From assembly GCA_903930745.1 (NCBI GenBank), contig CAIYZX010000181.1, forward strand, positions 1 to 33,920: a DNA stretch of 33,920 nt, in the 5' to 3' direction. Below the pieces are notes generated by a model that was not told the origin of the DNA, did not search any database, and saw only the letters and a program-made list of their open reading frames with translations. The position numbers were made by a program, and so were the translations under genes. How positions within the stretch are numbered: the stretch's first letter is position 1; every line of letters begins with the position of its first letter. This DNA is from an uncultured Chloroflexota bacterium. Lineage in GTDB: Bacteria > Chloroflexota > Limnocylindria > Limnocylindrales > CSP1-4. Shown one piece after another: positions 9,093-17,453 of this stretch.

Positions 9093-11231
9093 TCAGGCGC
9101 GGCCTGCCGCCACCTCGTCCGCTCGATTGCGTCCGGCGAGGAGGATGAGGTCCTCGTGGAGCTCGAACCACACCCCGTGATAGCTGTCCACGCGTGGCGA
9201 GGCAACGTACTTGCCATTGCCGGCGACGGCGGCAGCCACGGCTGCGCCGAGCCGAACGCCATAGCGCGCGAGCCGCGGCAACGCTGCGGCAGGGGACGCC
9301 AGCCACCGCTCGACCTCCACGTGGAGCTCGCGCAGACTCGCGAGCACCGCCGAGTCGTACACGGGGTCGGTGTGGTCGTTGAAGACTCCCTCGCTTCTCA
9401 TCTGCCAGGACGTCACAACGGTCTTCATCCGATGATCGAGCGCAAGAAAGGCGTCCAGCGCCGCGACCGCGTTCGCAGGCCCCCAGCTTGCCGTGTCCTC
9501 GGCGAGCCTCGCGATGCCCGCCGTCCTGCCCCCGGCAGTAAGGCGGAAGGAGCCGGCGCCCGCCTCGACGAGCCCGTCGGCAACCAGCTGCTCAATGAGC
9601 GAGGACGCGTCCTCGGCGGCGCAGCCGGTGGCGCTGGCAATGCCGTCGGGCCCCGCGTATCCCTTCACGACGAGGGCGCGGATCGCGTCGTGTGCATCAA
9701 CGGGCGCGCGCCCGCCAGCCACGGCGGCGGCAGGGGCACCCTGGGCCCCAGGGGCACCTGCCCCCTCCTGCTCGACGTGGATGCCGAGCTCGCGTGCCCA
9801 TCCAAGCAGCGTGGACACCTCGGGGACGACCGCCTCCACACCGGCAATGGCGCCCTTGAACACCTCTCCCGTGGCGCCGTCGATCGTGATCGTGTCGCCT
9901 CGGCGGATCACGGTGTCCCCTATCGTCACGGTGTCGGACCCGACGTCGACGGTGCTCGCGCCCACGACCGCCGGAATGCCCCACCCTCGCGCCACAACGG
10001 CCGCATGACTGGCGAACCCGCCGGTCGTGGTAAGGACCCCGGCGGCACGACTCATGCCATGCACATCGTCCGGCGACGTCTCCCGGCGAACGAGGATCAC
10101 CCGTGCTCCGCCATCGGCTGCAGTGACCGCGTCCTCCGGTGTCAGCTGGACCTCGCCGCACGCGACGCCCGGCGACGCCGGCAGGCCGCTCGCGAGAGCG
10201 GGGCCCGCATCGGATCGCCCCTTCAAGGTCGTCGGCGGGTTGGCCAGGGCGGATCGCACGCGCTCAACCGCCTGTGCGCGGGTCAACCCGAACGTGGGGT
10301 CCCCGGCCATCTCGACAGCCATCCGCAAGGCCGCCTGGGGCGTGCGCTTGCCGACGCGCACCTGCAGCATCCAGAGCCGTCTGCGCTCGATCGTGAACTC
10401 GATGTCGCAACAGTCACGGTAGTGGCGCTCAAGCGTGGTGGCGTACCTGCGCAGCTCGCCGGCCACCTCGGGCATGCGCTCGCGCAGGCAGCCGATGGGC
10501 TCGGTGACGTGCGTGCCGGCGACGACATCCTCGCCCTGCGCGTTGAACATCACGTCGCCGTAGAGCTCGTTCTCGCCCGTCGCCGGGTTGCGCGTGAAGA
10601 GGACGCCCGTGCCGGAGTCCTCGCCCCTGTTGCCGAAGACCATCGCCTGGACCGTGACACCCGTGCCAAGGTCATCAGGGATGCCCTCCTTCGCGCGGTA
10701 CGCCCTGGCTCGATCGCTGTTCCAGGAGAGGAACACGGCTTCCACCGCACCCCGGAGCTGGTCCCAGGGGTCCGCGGGAACGATCGTCACGCCGACGATC
10801 TCGCGGTAGACCCTGACAAACCGGTCGTGGCAATCTGCCGCGAATGCCGCATCTCCCGAGGTAGCGGCGAGTCCCGCCTCGGTGTCATCGTTGAGGCCGA
10901 GGTTGAGGATGGTGTCCATCATTCCCGGCATGGAACGCGGTGCCCCGGACCGCACGCTCACGAGCAGCGGGTCGGCGGCGTCGCCGAAGCGACGCCCCAC
11001 CTTCTCCTCCAGGCGCGCCATCTGCGCGCGCAGCTCATCCTCGAGACCCGCAGGCCAGCCACCGGCGAGATAGGCGTTGCAGGTGGCCGTCCCCACCGTG
11101 AAGGCGGGCGGTACCGGCAGGCCGAGCTCCACGGCCATGGTGGCGATGTTCGCCGCCTTGCCACCGATCTTGAGCGTGAGCTCGTCCAGAGACAGGCCGT
11201 GATCATGGTCATAGGCAAAGACCTGGGGCAC
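9093..11231 (-). CDS. Pyruvate,phosphate-dikinase-like protein: ATP-grasp + phospho-His domains, no pyruvate-binding barrel, C-terminal winged-helix-like module
   Basis: GGKAAN, PLLVSVRSGAPRSMPGMMDTILNLGLN, VQAMVFGN, NAQGEDVVAG, DIEFTIE and GGFASHAAVVARG. PPDK similarity stops at LLGWARELG, followed by a low-complexity linker and about 200 unrelated residues. Confidence 0.88.
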   Translation of the reverse strand: MPQVFAYDHDHGLSLDELTLKIGGKAANIATMAVELGLPVPPAFTVGTATCNAYLAGGWPAGLEDELRAQMARLEEKVGRRFGDAADPLLVSVRSGAPRSMPGMMDTILNLGLNDDTEAGLAATSGDAAFAADCHDRFVRVYREIVGVTIVPADPWDQLRGAVEAVFLSWNSDRARAYRAKEGIPDDLGTGVTVQAMVFGNRGEDSGTGVLFTRNPATGENELYGDVMFNAQGEDVVAGTHVTEPIGCLRERMPEVAGELRRYATTLERHYRDCCDIEFTIERRRLWMLQVRVGKRTPQAALRMAVEMAGDPTFGLTRAQAVERVRSALANPPTTLKGRSDAGPALASGLPASPGVACGEVQLTPEDAVTAADGGARVILVRRETSPDDVHGMSRAAGVLTTTGGFASHAAVVARGWGIPAVVGASTVDVGSDTVTIGDTVIRRGDTITIDGATGEVFKGAIAGVEAVVPEVSTLLGWARELGIHVEQEGAGAPGAQGAPAAAVAGGRAPVDAHDAIRALVVKGYAGPDGIASATGCAAEDASSLIEQLVADGLVEAGAGSFRLTAGGRTAGIARLAEDTASWGPANAVAALDAFLALDHRMKTVVTSWQMRSEGVFNDHTDPVYDSAVLASLRELHVEVERWLASPAAALPRLARYGVRLGAAVAAAVAGNGKYVASPRVDSYHGVWFELHEDLILLAGRNRADEVAAGRA

Positions 11232-11283
11232 GCGTGGGTCCTCCCAAGGGCATCGTGCGGCCGTCTCGCGGACGGCCTTGGGG

Positions 11284-12171
11284 TCAAAGGACGGCGACCG
11301 GGTCCACCATCGAGCCCGTGGCGCCGCGGATCTTCACCGGCAGCGCGACGAACAGGAACTCGTAGATCCTCCGGCGGGCAAGCTCCTCGAGATCCAGGCT
11401 CTCCATGATGTAGATGCCGTTCTCGATGAGCAGCCTGGTGTGCACTGGCTGCGGATTGCCCTCCGGTCCCGGGTCGGGTGCCGGCTGGACCTCGAAGGTC
11501 TCCGTGTCCGACCCGGCGGCGACCACGCCTCGCTCAAGCATCCACTGGGCCGCGGACAGGTCGGGGCCGGGCGTCTTGTGCGCGGCCATCCTCTCGGCAT
11601 CGGGCCAGAGGCCCATGTACCCGGTGCGGATGACCACGACATCCCAGGGCCGGACGGCAACGCCTTGAGCTGCACAGATCGCCTCCATCTCGGCGGCATC
11701 GATCGGTGACCCCTTGGGCAGGCACTCGACGCCGCGGAAGGTGGGGGCATCGACGAGGACGCCGCGGGTGAAGAACGGCGGCATGCTGGAGGCATCCCCG
11801 TGCACCGGACCAAAGTCGGTCAGGTGCTCGTCCGCAGCGCCGCCACCGTACCAGTGCATGTCGTCGCCGATCGTCATGTGGGCGAGGGCATCCATGTGCG
11901 CTCCAGAGTGGCTCGTCGCCATGACGTACTCGGCCATGTAGCCGAGGCCCGCGTCATTCACCGGGCCCCACGGCTGGGCACCGGTCACCCGGATCCCGCG
12001 TGGCGTCCGGTAGTTGAGCACCTGGAAGGGCGGGTGGCCCGGGAACAGCGGCATGCCCGGGAACCTGACCGCACTGAGCGAGATCATCTCGCCGGCCTGG
12101 ACCAGGCGCGCCGCCTGGGCGACCTGCGAGGCAGGCATGTCCCCGATGGGGCCGAGCTGGGAACCACTCAC
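11284..12171 (-). CDS. Cyclase family (kynurenine formamidase/isatin hydrolase-like) metal-dependent amidohydrolase
   Basis: GTG at 12171 overlaps the upstream TGA (GTGA). HSGAHMDALAH is a variant of HxGTHxDxPxH. Also IRTG, GSDT, PVHTRLL, MESLDL and GATGSMVDPVA. Confidence 0.9.
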   Translation of the reverse strand: MSGSQLGPIGDMPASQVAQAARLVQAGEMISLSAVRFPGMPLFPGHPPFQVLNYRTPRGIRVTGAQPWGPVNDAGLGYMAEYVMATSHSGAHMDALAHMTIGDDMHWYGGGAADEHLTDFGPVHGDASSMPPFFTRGVLVDAPTFRGVECLPKGSPIDAAEMEAICAAQGVAVRPWDVVVIRTGYMGLWPDAERMAAHKTPGPDLSAAQWMLERGVVAAGSDTETFEVQPAPDPGPEGNPQPVHTRLLIENGIYIMESLDLEELARRRIYEFLFVALPVKIRGATGSMVDPVAVL

Positions 12172-14423
12172 CGCGCACCATCCTCCTGCAGCGCTCGCCA
12201 GACACGTTCGGGCGTCAGGGGCAGATCCCGGATCGGGACGCCGATCGCGTCGCGAACCGCGGCGCCGACAGCGGAGGCGACGCACAGCAATGCACCCTCG
12301 CTCATCCCCTTGGACCCGTACGGGCCGGGCCCGTCCTCGTTCTCGATGATCTCGCTCCGCAGCTCGACCGGCAGATCCATGATCGTCGGGATCCGATAGT
12401 CGATCGCGCCAAGGTTCCGCATCCGTCCACGTTCGTCGTAGATGCAGTGCTCCATCAGCGTGTGACCGAGGCCCATGATCGCCGCACCCTCGTCCTGCAT
12501 CCGGACGTGGAGCGGGTTGAGGGCCTTGCCCACATCGGAGACGGTGATGTGCTTCACCAGCGTCACGTCACCGGTCTCGCGATCCACGTCCGCCTCGATG
12601 ACGGTGCAGTTGAACTCGAAGAAGGCCGGTGCGCCGGAGAGTGGATGCGACGGATCGGCATCCTTGCGCACCTCGCCGAGTCCCGTGATCTCTCCGCCGA
12701 GCCTGCCGAGCCCGGACGCAAGCACCTCCCGAATGGTGAGCACGCGACCGTCGGCGACCCGGACGACGCCGGCGTCAACGATCACGTCCCCCACCTCGAC
12801 ACCCGCGATCCGCGCCGCCAGTGCACCCAGCTTCGCCTGCACGTCCCGGCAGGCCATGAGAACCGCGTTGCCCATCAGGACCGTGGACCGGCTCGCGGAG
12901 GTCTGCTGGTCGTACGGCACGATCGCCGTGTCACCCATGATGACCGTCACCCAGTCCATCGGCGCGCCGAGCTCCTGCGCCACGATCTGCGAGAACACGG
13001 TGCGGGCTCCCTGGCCCATGTCCGAGGTGCCCGCGTAGACGACAGCGCTGCCGTCTCCGAGGAGGCGCACGATCGCGTAGGACAGTCCCGTCGTCGGCCC
13101 CGACTTGATGCCGAGTGCGATGCCACGACCTCGGCCTGGAGGCAGCGGCGCGTCCCAGCCGCCTTCCGAGGCCGCACGGCGCACGGTCTGCTCCCAGTCA
13201 CCGTCGGCAGGGGTGTCGAACGGGATGAAGGCATCGCCCTTCCGCGCCAGGTTGAGCAGGCGGATGGCGAGCCGGTCCATGCCGAGCTCGAGCGCGCCCT
13301 GGTCGAGGTTGGACTCCACTGCCCAGTTGATCTGCGGGTTGCCGAAGCCGCGAAAGGCGGTGGACGGCACCGTGTGGCTCAGCACGCTCCGTGCCAGGAT
13401 CCTCACCGCGGGGATGTTGTACGGCCCGGCCGCCGGGTAGCTGCCCTTGGCAACGACGCGGTCGGCGATGTCCACGTAGGCACCGATCAGGTAGTCGGCC
13501 TCGATGTCCTGGAAGAGGATGTGGCCAGCAGCGTCGAAGCCGGTGCGAACATGCGACGCACAGGCCGCTCGGCGGACCGCCTGGAACGACTCCTCGAGCG
13601 TCAGGACGAGCCTGACAGGTCTACCCAGCCTGAGCGCGGCGAACACCACCGCGGGTTCGTGCTTGGCGTGCTGCTTGCCTCCGAACCCGCCGCCGGGATC
13701 CGGGGCGTGGACACGGACCTTGGAGAGCGGTAGGCCGACGAGGCCGGCAATCTGCTTCTGGAGCCAGTTGGGGTGTTGGATCGTGCTCCAGACCACGACG
13801 CCGTCGCCGTCGGGCGCAGCGATGAACGCGTGGGGCTCGATGGCGAACTGCGTGACGATGGGGAAGCTGTACCGGCCCTCGACGACGAGGTGCGCCTTCG
13901 CCTCCTCGGCCTCGACGTCACCCCAGCCAACGCGGTGCTCGGTGAGCACGTTGCCGAGCGCGAGGCCGGTGTCTCCACGAAGCGCCGGGTCCTGCACGAG
14001 GGGCGCACCCGGCGCGAGTGCCCCGGCGATCGTGAAGACCGCAGGCAGCTCCTCGTAGTCCACCTTGACGAGGGCCGCGGCCCGCTCGGCGAGCTCTCTC
14101 GTGTCGGCCACGACGATCGCCACCGGGTCGCCGTGGTACTTGGTCTCGCGCACCGCGAGCACCGGTCGATCGGCAACCTGTGGGCCATATCGCGGCATCG
14201 GGTCCGGCAGGTCGGCCGCCGTCATGACGAGATGCACGCCAGGGAGTGCGAGCGCCGCCGAGCCGTCGATCCCGACGATGCGGGCCCGCGCACAGTCGAG
14301 GTGGACAAGCTTCGCATGCAGGGCACCCGGCACGTGGAGGTCCGCCAGGTACGCCTGGGCTCCGGTGACCCGGTCAGTCCCGCCGACCCTGTTGGGGGAC
14401 TCCCCGATAGGCGACGCGCTCAT
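12168..14423 (-). CDS. Xanthine dehydrogenase family molybdopterin-binding (large) subunit
   Basis: ATG at 14423 (ATGA overlap). Motifs QFAIEPH, GGGFGGK, AFRGFG, DMGQG, SASRS and GSKGMSEG (catalytic Glu). Confidence 0.95.
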   Translation of the reverse strand: MSASPIGESPNRVGGTDRVTGAQAYLADLHVPGALHAKLVHLDCARARIVGIDGSAALALPGVHLVMTAADLPDPMPRYGPQVADRPVLAVRETKYHGDPVAIVVADTRELAERAAALVKVDYEELPAVFTIAGALAPGAPLVQDPALRGDTGLALGNVLTEHRVGWGDVEAEEAKAHLVVEGRYSFPIVTQFAIEPHAFIAAPDGDGVVVWSTIQHPNWLQKQIAGLVGLPLSKVRVHAPDPGGGFGGKQHAKHEPAVVFAALRLGRPVRLVLTLEESFQAVRRAACASHVRTGFDAAGHILFQDIEADYLIGAYVDIADRVVAKGSYPAAGPYNIPAVRILARSVLSHTVPSTAFRGFGNPQINWAVESNLDQGALELGMDRLAIRLLNLARKGDAFIPFDTPADGDWEQTVRRAASEGGWDAPLPPGRGRGIALGIKSGPTTGLSYAIVRLLGDGSAVVYAGTSDMGQGARTVFSQIVAQELGAPMDWVTVIMGDTAIVPYDQQTSASRSTVLMGNAVLMACRDVQAKLGALAARIAGVEVGDVIVDAGVVRVADGRVLTIREVLASGLGRLGGEITGLGEVRKDADPSHPLSGAPAFFEFNCTVIEADVDRETGDVTLVKHITVSDVGKALNPLHVRMQDEGAAIMGLGHTLMEHCIYDERGRMRNLGAIDYRIPTIMDLPVELRSEIIENEDGPGPYGSKGMSEGALLCVASAVGAAVRDAIGVPIRDLPLTPERVWRALQEDGAR

Positions 14424-14896
14424 CGTCCGGCCTCCGAGGCGGCCAGGACTGCGTCCGTGATCTGCTCGTAGCAGGCGCAGCGGCACAGGTTTCCGGCCAT
14501 GCCCTCCGCGATCTCCTCCCGGGTTGGATGGGGGTTCAGGTCCAGCAACGCGTGGGCTGACATGAGCTGCCCGGGGATGCAGAAGCCGCACTGCACCGCG
14601 CCCTTGTCCAGGAACGAGGTCTGCAGCGTCGACAGGCGGCCATCGGCGGACGAGAGCCCCTCGACGGTGAGAATCACCGCCCCATCCGCCTCCACCGCGA
14701 GCACCAGGCACGAGTCCACGGCACGTCCGTCCACGATGACCGTGCAGGCGCCGCATTCGCCGACGAGGCAGCACTCCTTGGTTCCCGTCAGTCCGAGATC
14801 GTCGCGCAGGACATCGAGCAGGGTGTGCTGGGGTGCCACGTCCAGCACGCGTCGCCGGCCATTGACCGTCAGCTCGATGGGAAGGGTGAGCGTCAC
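14420..14896 (-). CDS. Xanthine dehydrogenase/CoxS family [2Fe-2S] subunit
   Basis: GTG at 14896. Motifs GTKECCLVGECGACTV...SC, QCGFC and NLCRC. Confidence 0.95.
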   Translation of the reverse strand: MTLTLPIELTVNGRRRVLDVAPQHTLLDVLRDDLGLTGTKECCLVGECGACTVIVDGRAVDSCLVLAVEADGAVILTVEGLSSADGRLSTLQTSFLDKGAVQCGFCIPGQLMSAHALLDLNPHPTREEIAEGMAGNLCRCACYEQITDAVLAASEAGR

Positions 14897-14897
14897 G

Positions 14898-15764
14898 TCA
14901 CTGCTCCCCCGCCGCCAGGCGCTCGAGCGCGATGGCAAGGGCACGTCTGCCCAGGACACGCAGCATCGCGAGACGGTACTCGGGTCCGGCCCGCATTGAG
15001 GTCGCGGATGGGGAGGCATCGGCGAGGATCGTCGCAAGGACGTCGGCCCTGGCGGCATCCGGCGCGCCGGGGTCGGCCAGCACACCAGAGGTGTCCACCC
15101 GGACCAGCGGTCGCGGCCCCACGCTCCCAAAGGCGACCCTGGTCACGCCCGCTGCGTCCACTCCGCAGGCCAGCGTGACGGAGGCGAGATCATGACCCCG
15201 TCGGCGCGTTCGACGCTGGTGGGCACTGGCGATCCGGCTTGCGGGCATTGGGACCTCCACTGCAACCACCAGTTCGCCGGGGGCGAGCGTCGTGATCCCG
15301 GATCTGACGAACAGGTCGTCCACGGCGATCCGGCGCACTCCCGTCGGACCCGCTGCCACGACCCGGGCATCGTGCACGAGGAGCGGGGGTGCCGTGTCGG
15401 CGGCGGGCGAGGCATTGCAGATGTTCCCGCCCAGCGTCGCGCGATTGCGGATCTGGATGGAGCCGACAGCTGCGGCCGCCTCACCGAGCGCGTGGGCATG
15501 CCTGCGCACGATCGGACTGGCGGCGATCTCGGTCATTGTCGTTGTCGCACCGATCACGATCGTCCCGGCCTCGTTGCGGATCCCGGGCGCAAGCTCAGGG
15601 ACGCGCTTGATGTCCACCACGAGGGCAGGCGAGGCAGAGCCGTCGCGGAGCCGGATGATGAGATCGGTTCCACCGGCGAGCACGCGAGCACCAGGGCCGC
15701 GCTCGGCGAGGAGCGCGAGCGCGTCCGCGAGCGTGTTGGGACAGGCGTAGGCGAATGGTTGCAT
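14898..15764 (-). CDS. Xanthine dehydrogenase/CoxM family FAD-binding subunit
   Basis: Motifs LAGGTDL and QIRNRATLGGNICNASPAAD. Confidence 0.95.
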   Translation of the reverse strand: MQPFAYACPNTLADALALLAERGPGARVLAGGTDLIIRLRDGSASPALVVDIKRVPELAPGIRNEAGTIVIGATTTMTEIAASPIVRRHAHALGEAAAAVGSIQIRNRATLGGNICNASPAADTAPPLLVHDARVVAAGPTGVRRIAVDDLFVRSGITTLAPGELVVAVEVPMPASRIASAHQRRTRRRGHDLASVTLACGVDAAGVTRVAFGSVGPRPLVRVDTSGVLADPGAPDAARADVLATILADASPSATSMRAGPEYRLAMLRVLGRRALAIALERLAAGEQ

Positions 15765-15786
15765 GATGACCGGCCAGCCCCTGCCG

Positions 15787-16674
15787 CTAGAGGATCCTGT
15801 CGACCTCGTCCATCAGCACCTGCGGGCTGGAGGCACGGATGAAGTAGAAGGGACGCTGACAGAAGTCGTCAACGAACTGGGCGCGGCGGGCACGGAGCAC
15901 GTCGTTGTCCACCATCGGCATGACGTGCCCGGGAGCCAGCAGCTCGTTGGTGAGAAGGTAGTTCTGCAGGGAGTGCAGGAACTGGAAGCCCCGCTCGAAC
16001 GGGATGAGCTCGTTGGTCGCCGGGTCGAAGTTCCCATCGATCGCCGGGACGATCACGAGGTCGATGTTCGGAGTGCCCTCATACCTGCCCCACGTGGGCA
16101 TTGTGCCCCAGAACTTCTCGACGCCCTTGTTGGGGGCGGCCTTGTCCGAGCGCTCCGTGCCCTCGGTTCGCCTGACCAGGAACGTGTCCTCGGAGCCCGC
16201 CACGGCTCGCCCGTCATCGCTGATGACCGTCGTCTCCGATGCGACCTGGAGCGCGCCGCGCACGCCGGCCTCGATCAGGCCCATGCTCTTGCCGTGATTG
16301 GACTCGCCCCCCAGGAACAGGAACGTCTTGCCCCGGTAGTTCACGGCGGCGCTGTGGCTCGGGTGCTCCCCCTTGGCCTCCATGCGCAGCGCCAGCATCG
16401 CCACGATCGCCTTCTGCAGCGGTCCGGCCGGCCAGCTGCCGGTGAACGTCATCGTCCGCCCGTCGTAGGACGCGCGCTTCGCTCCGTCCTGGTTCCATAC
16501 GATGTCCGGCGCCTCGAGCGTCACCGCCGGGGAGATCCGCACGTCGGCGAGCCTGTAGTTCAGGAAGTTGAGATCGTCGAGCACGTGCTCGCGAGGCTCG
16601 CCGCCGTAGACGTCGATGCGGAGGCGGGCCTTGCCTGCCGAGAACTCCTCTGTAAGGCGCAGGTTGCTGTTCAT
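15787..16674 (-). CDS. Uncharacterised P-loop protein resembling the HPr kinase/PEPCK-like kinase fold
   Basis: HSAAVNYRGKTFLFLGGESNHGKS resembles the HPrK-type H-x-x-x-V...G-x4-GKS pattern. The gene is translationally coupled to gntR (ATGA overlap). Confidence 0.7.
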   Translation of the reverse strand: MNSNLRLTEEFSAGKARLRIDVYGGEPREHVLDDLNFLNYRLADVRISPAVTLEAPDIVWNQDGAKRASYDGRTMTFTGSWPAGPLQKAIVAMLALRMEAKGEHPSHSAAVNYRGKTFLFLGGESNHGKSMGLIEAGVRGALQVASETTVISDDGRAVAGSEDTFLVRRTEGTERSDKAAPNKGVEKFWGTMPTWGRYEGTPNIDLVIVPAIDGNFDPATNELIPFERGFQFLHSLQNYLLTNELLAPGHVMPMVDNDVLRARRAQFVDDFCQRPFYFIRASSPQVLMDEVDRIL

Positions 16675-17426
16675 GGGATCCCTTCCGGTGTGTGAGCGGG
16701 TTCCGGCCCCGTGCCGGTTCGTGCGGCGGGTGAGGGCTGATGCTGATCGGCTTCGCCATCACCCGGTCCGGGCTCCAGCCAGAGCGTGGCCAGCATCGTC
16801 CGCGCGTCGCTGAAGTGGGTCCGGATGGCCGTCTCGGCGGCTGTCCCGTCGCGGCGTCGGAGGGCATCGAGCACAGGGCCGTGTAGCCCGGCGATCCGAC
16901 GCCGGTCCGAGCCGGCCACCGCGAGCGTGATGTACGTCCGGGAGTACGGCTCGAGGAGGCCCCAGACCCGCTTCAGCGTCTTGTTCCCGCTGACGTCCAC
17001 GAGATACCCGTGGAAGGCGGCGTCGGCAGAGGCCTCCCCCACCGTGTCTCCGGCCTCTGCGCCTGCGTGCATCGCGTCCAGGAGAACGCCGAGCCGCTCG
17101 ACGTCATCGTCGGTCAGCCTGGGCACCGCGAGACGTACAACGAGCGCCTCCAGTTCGGACCGGACGACATACGCCTCGAGAAGCTCATCACGAGAGGGAC
17201 GGCGGACCCGGGCGCCGCGAAACGCGGCGATCTCCACGACTCCGAGGGCCTCGAGATCTCGGAGGGCCTCGCGGACAGGCGCCTGGCTCGTCCCGAACTC
17301 GCGCGCCACCCGGGTCTCAATGATCCGGGACCCGGGCTGATAGCGGCCGTCAAGGATCGCCTCGAGCAGGCGATCCTTGACGGTGTCGGACAGGACGCTG
17401 CGTGAGATCGTCGTCTCGGCAGCCAT
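16671..17426 (-). CDS. GntR family transcriptional regulator (FCD/FadR subfamily), copy 1
   Basis: N-terminal wHTH (ETRVAREFGTSQAPVREAL...RGARV) and FCD motif DAAFH...SGN. Confidence 0.95.
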   Translation of the reverse strand: MAAETTISRSVLSDTVKDRLLEAILDGRYQPGSRIIETRVAREFGTSQAPVREALRDLEALGVVEIAAFRGARVRRPSRDELLEAYVVRSELEALVVRLAVPRLTDDDVERLGVLLDAMHAGAEAGDTVGEASADAAFHGYLVDVSGNKTLKRVWGLLEPYSRTYITLAVAGSDRRRIAGLHGPVLDALRRRDGTAAETAIRTHFSDARTMLATLWLEPGPGDGEADQHQPSPAARTGTGPEPAHTPEGIP

Positions 17427-17453
17427 CCCGGGGGTCTCCTCTCGCCGCGCTGG

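Noticed and set aside
12168-15764. Aerobic CO dehydrogenase (coxMSL) assignment based on gene order
   Set aside because: The large subunit lacks the AYxCSFR/AYRGAGR active-site loop and no cox accessory genes are present.
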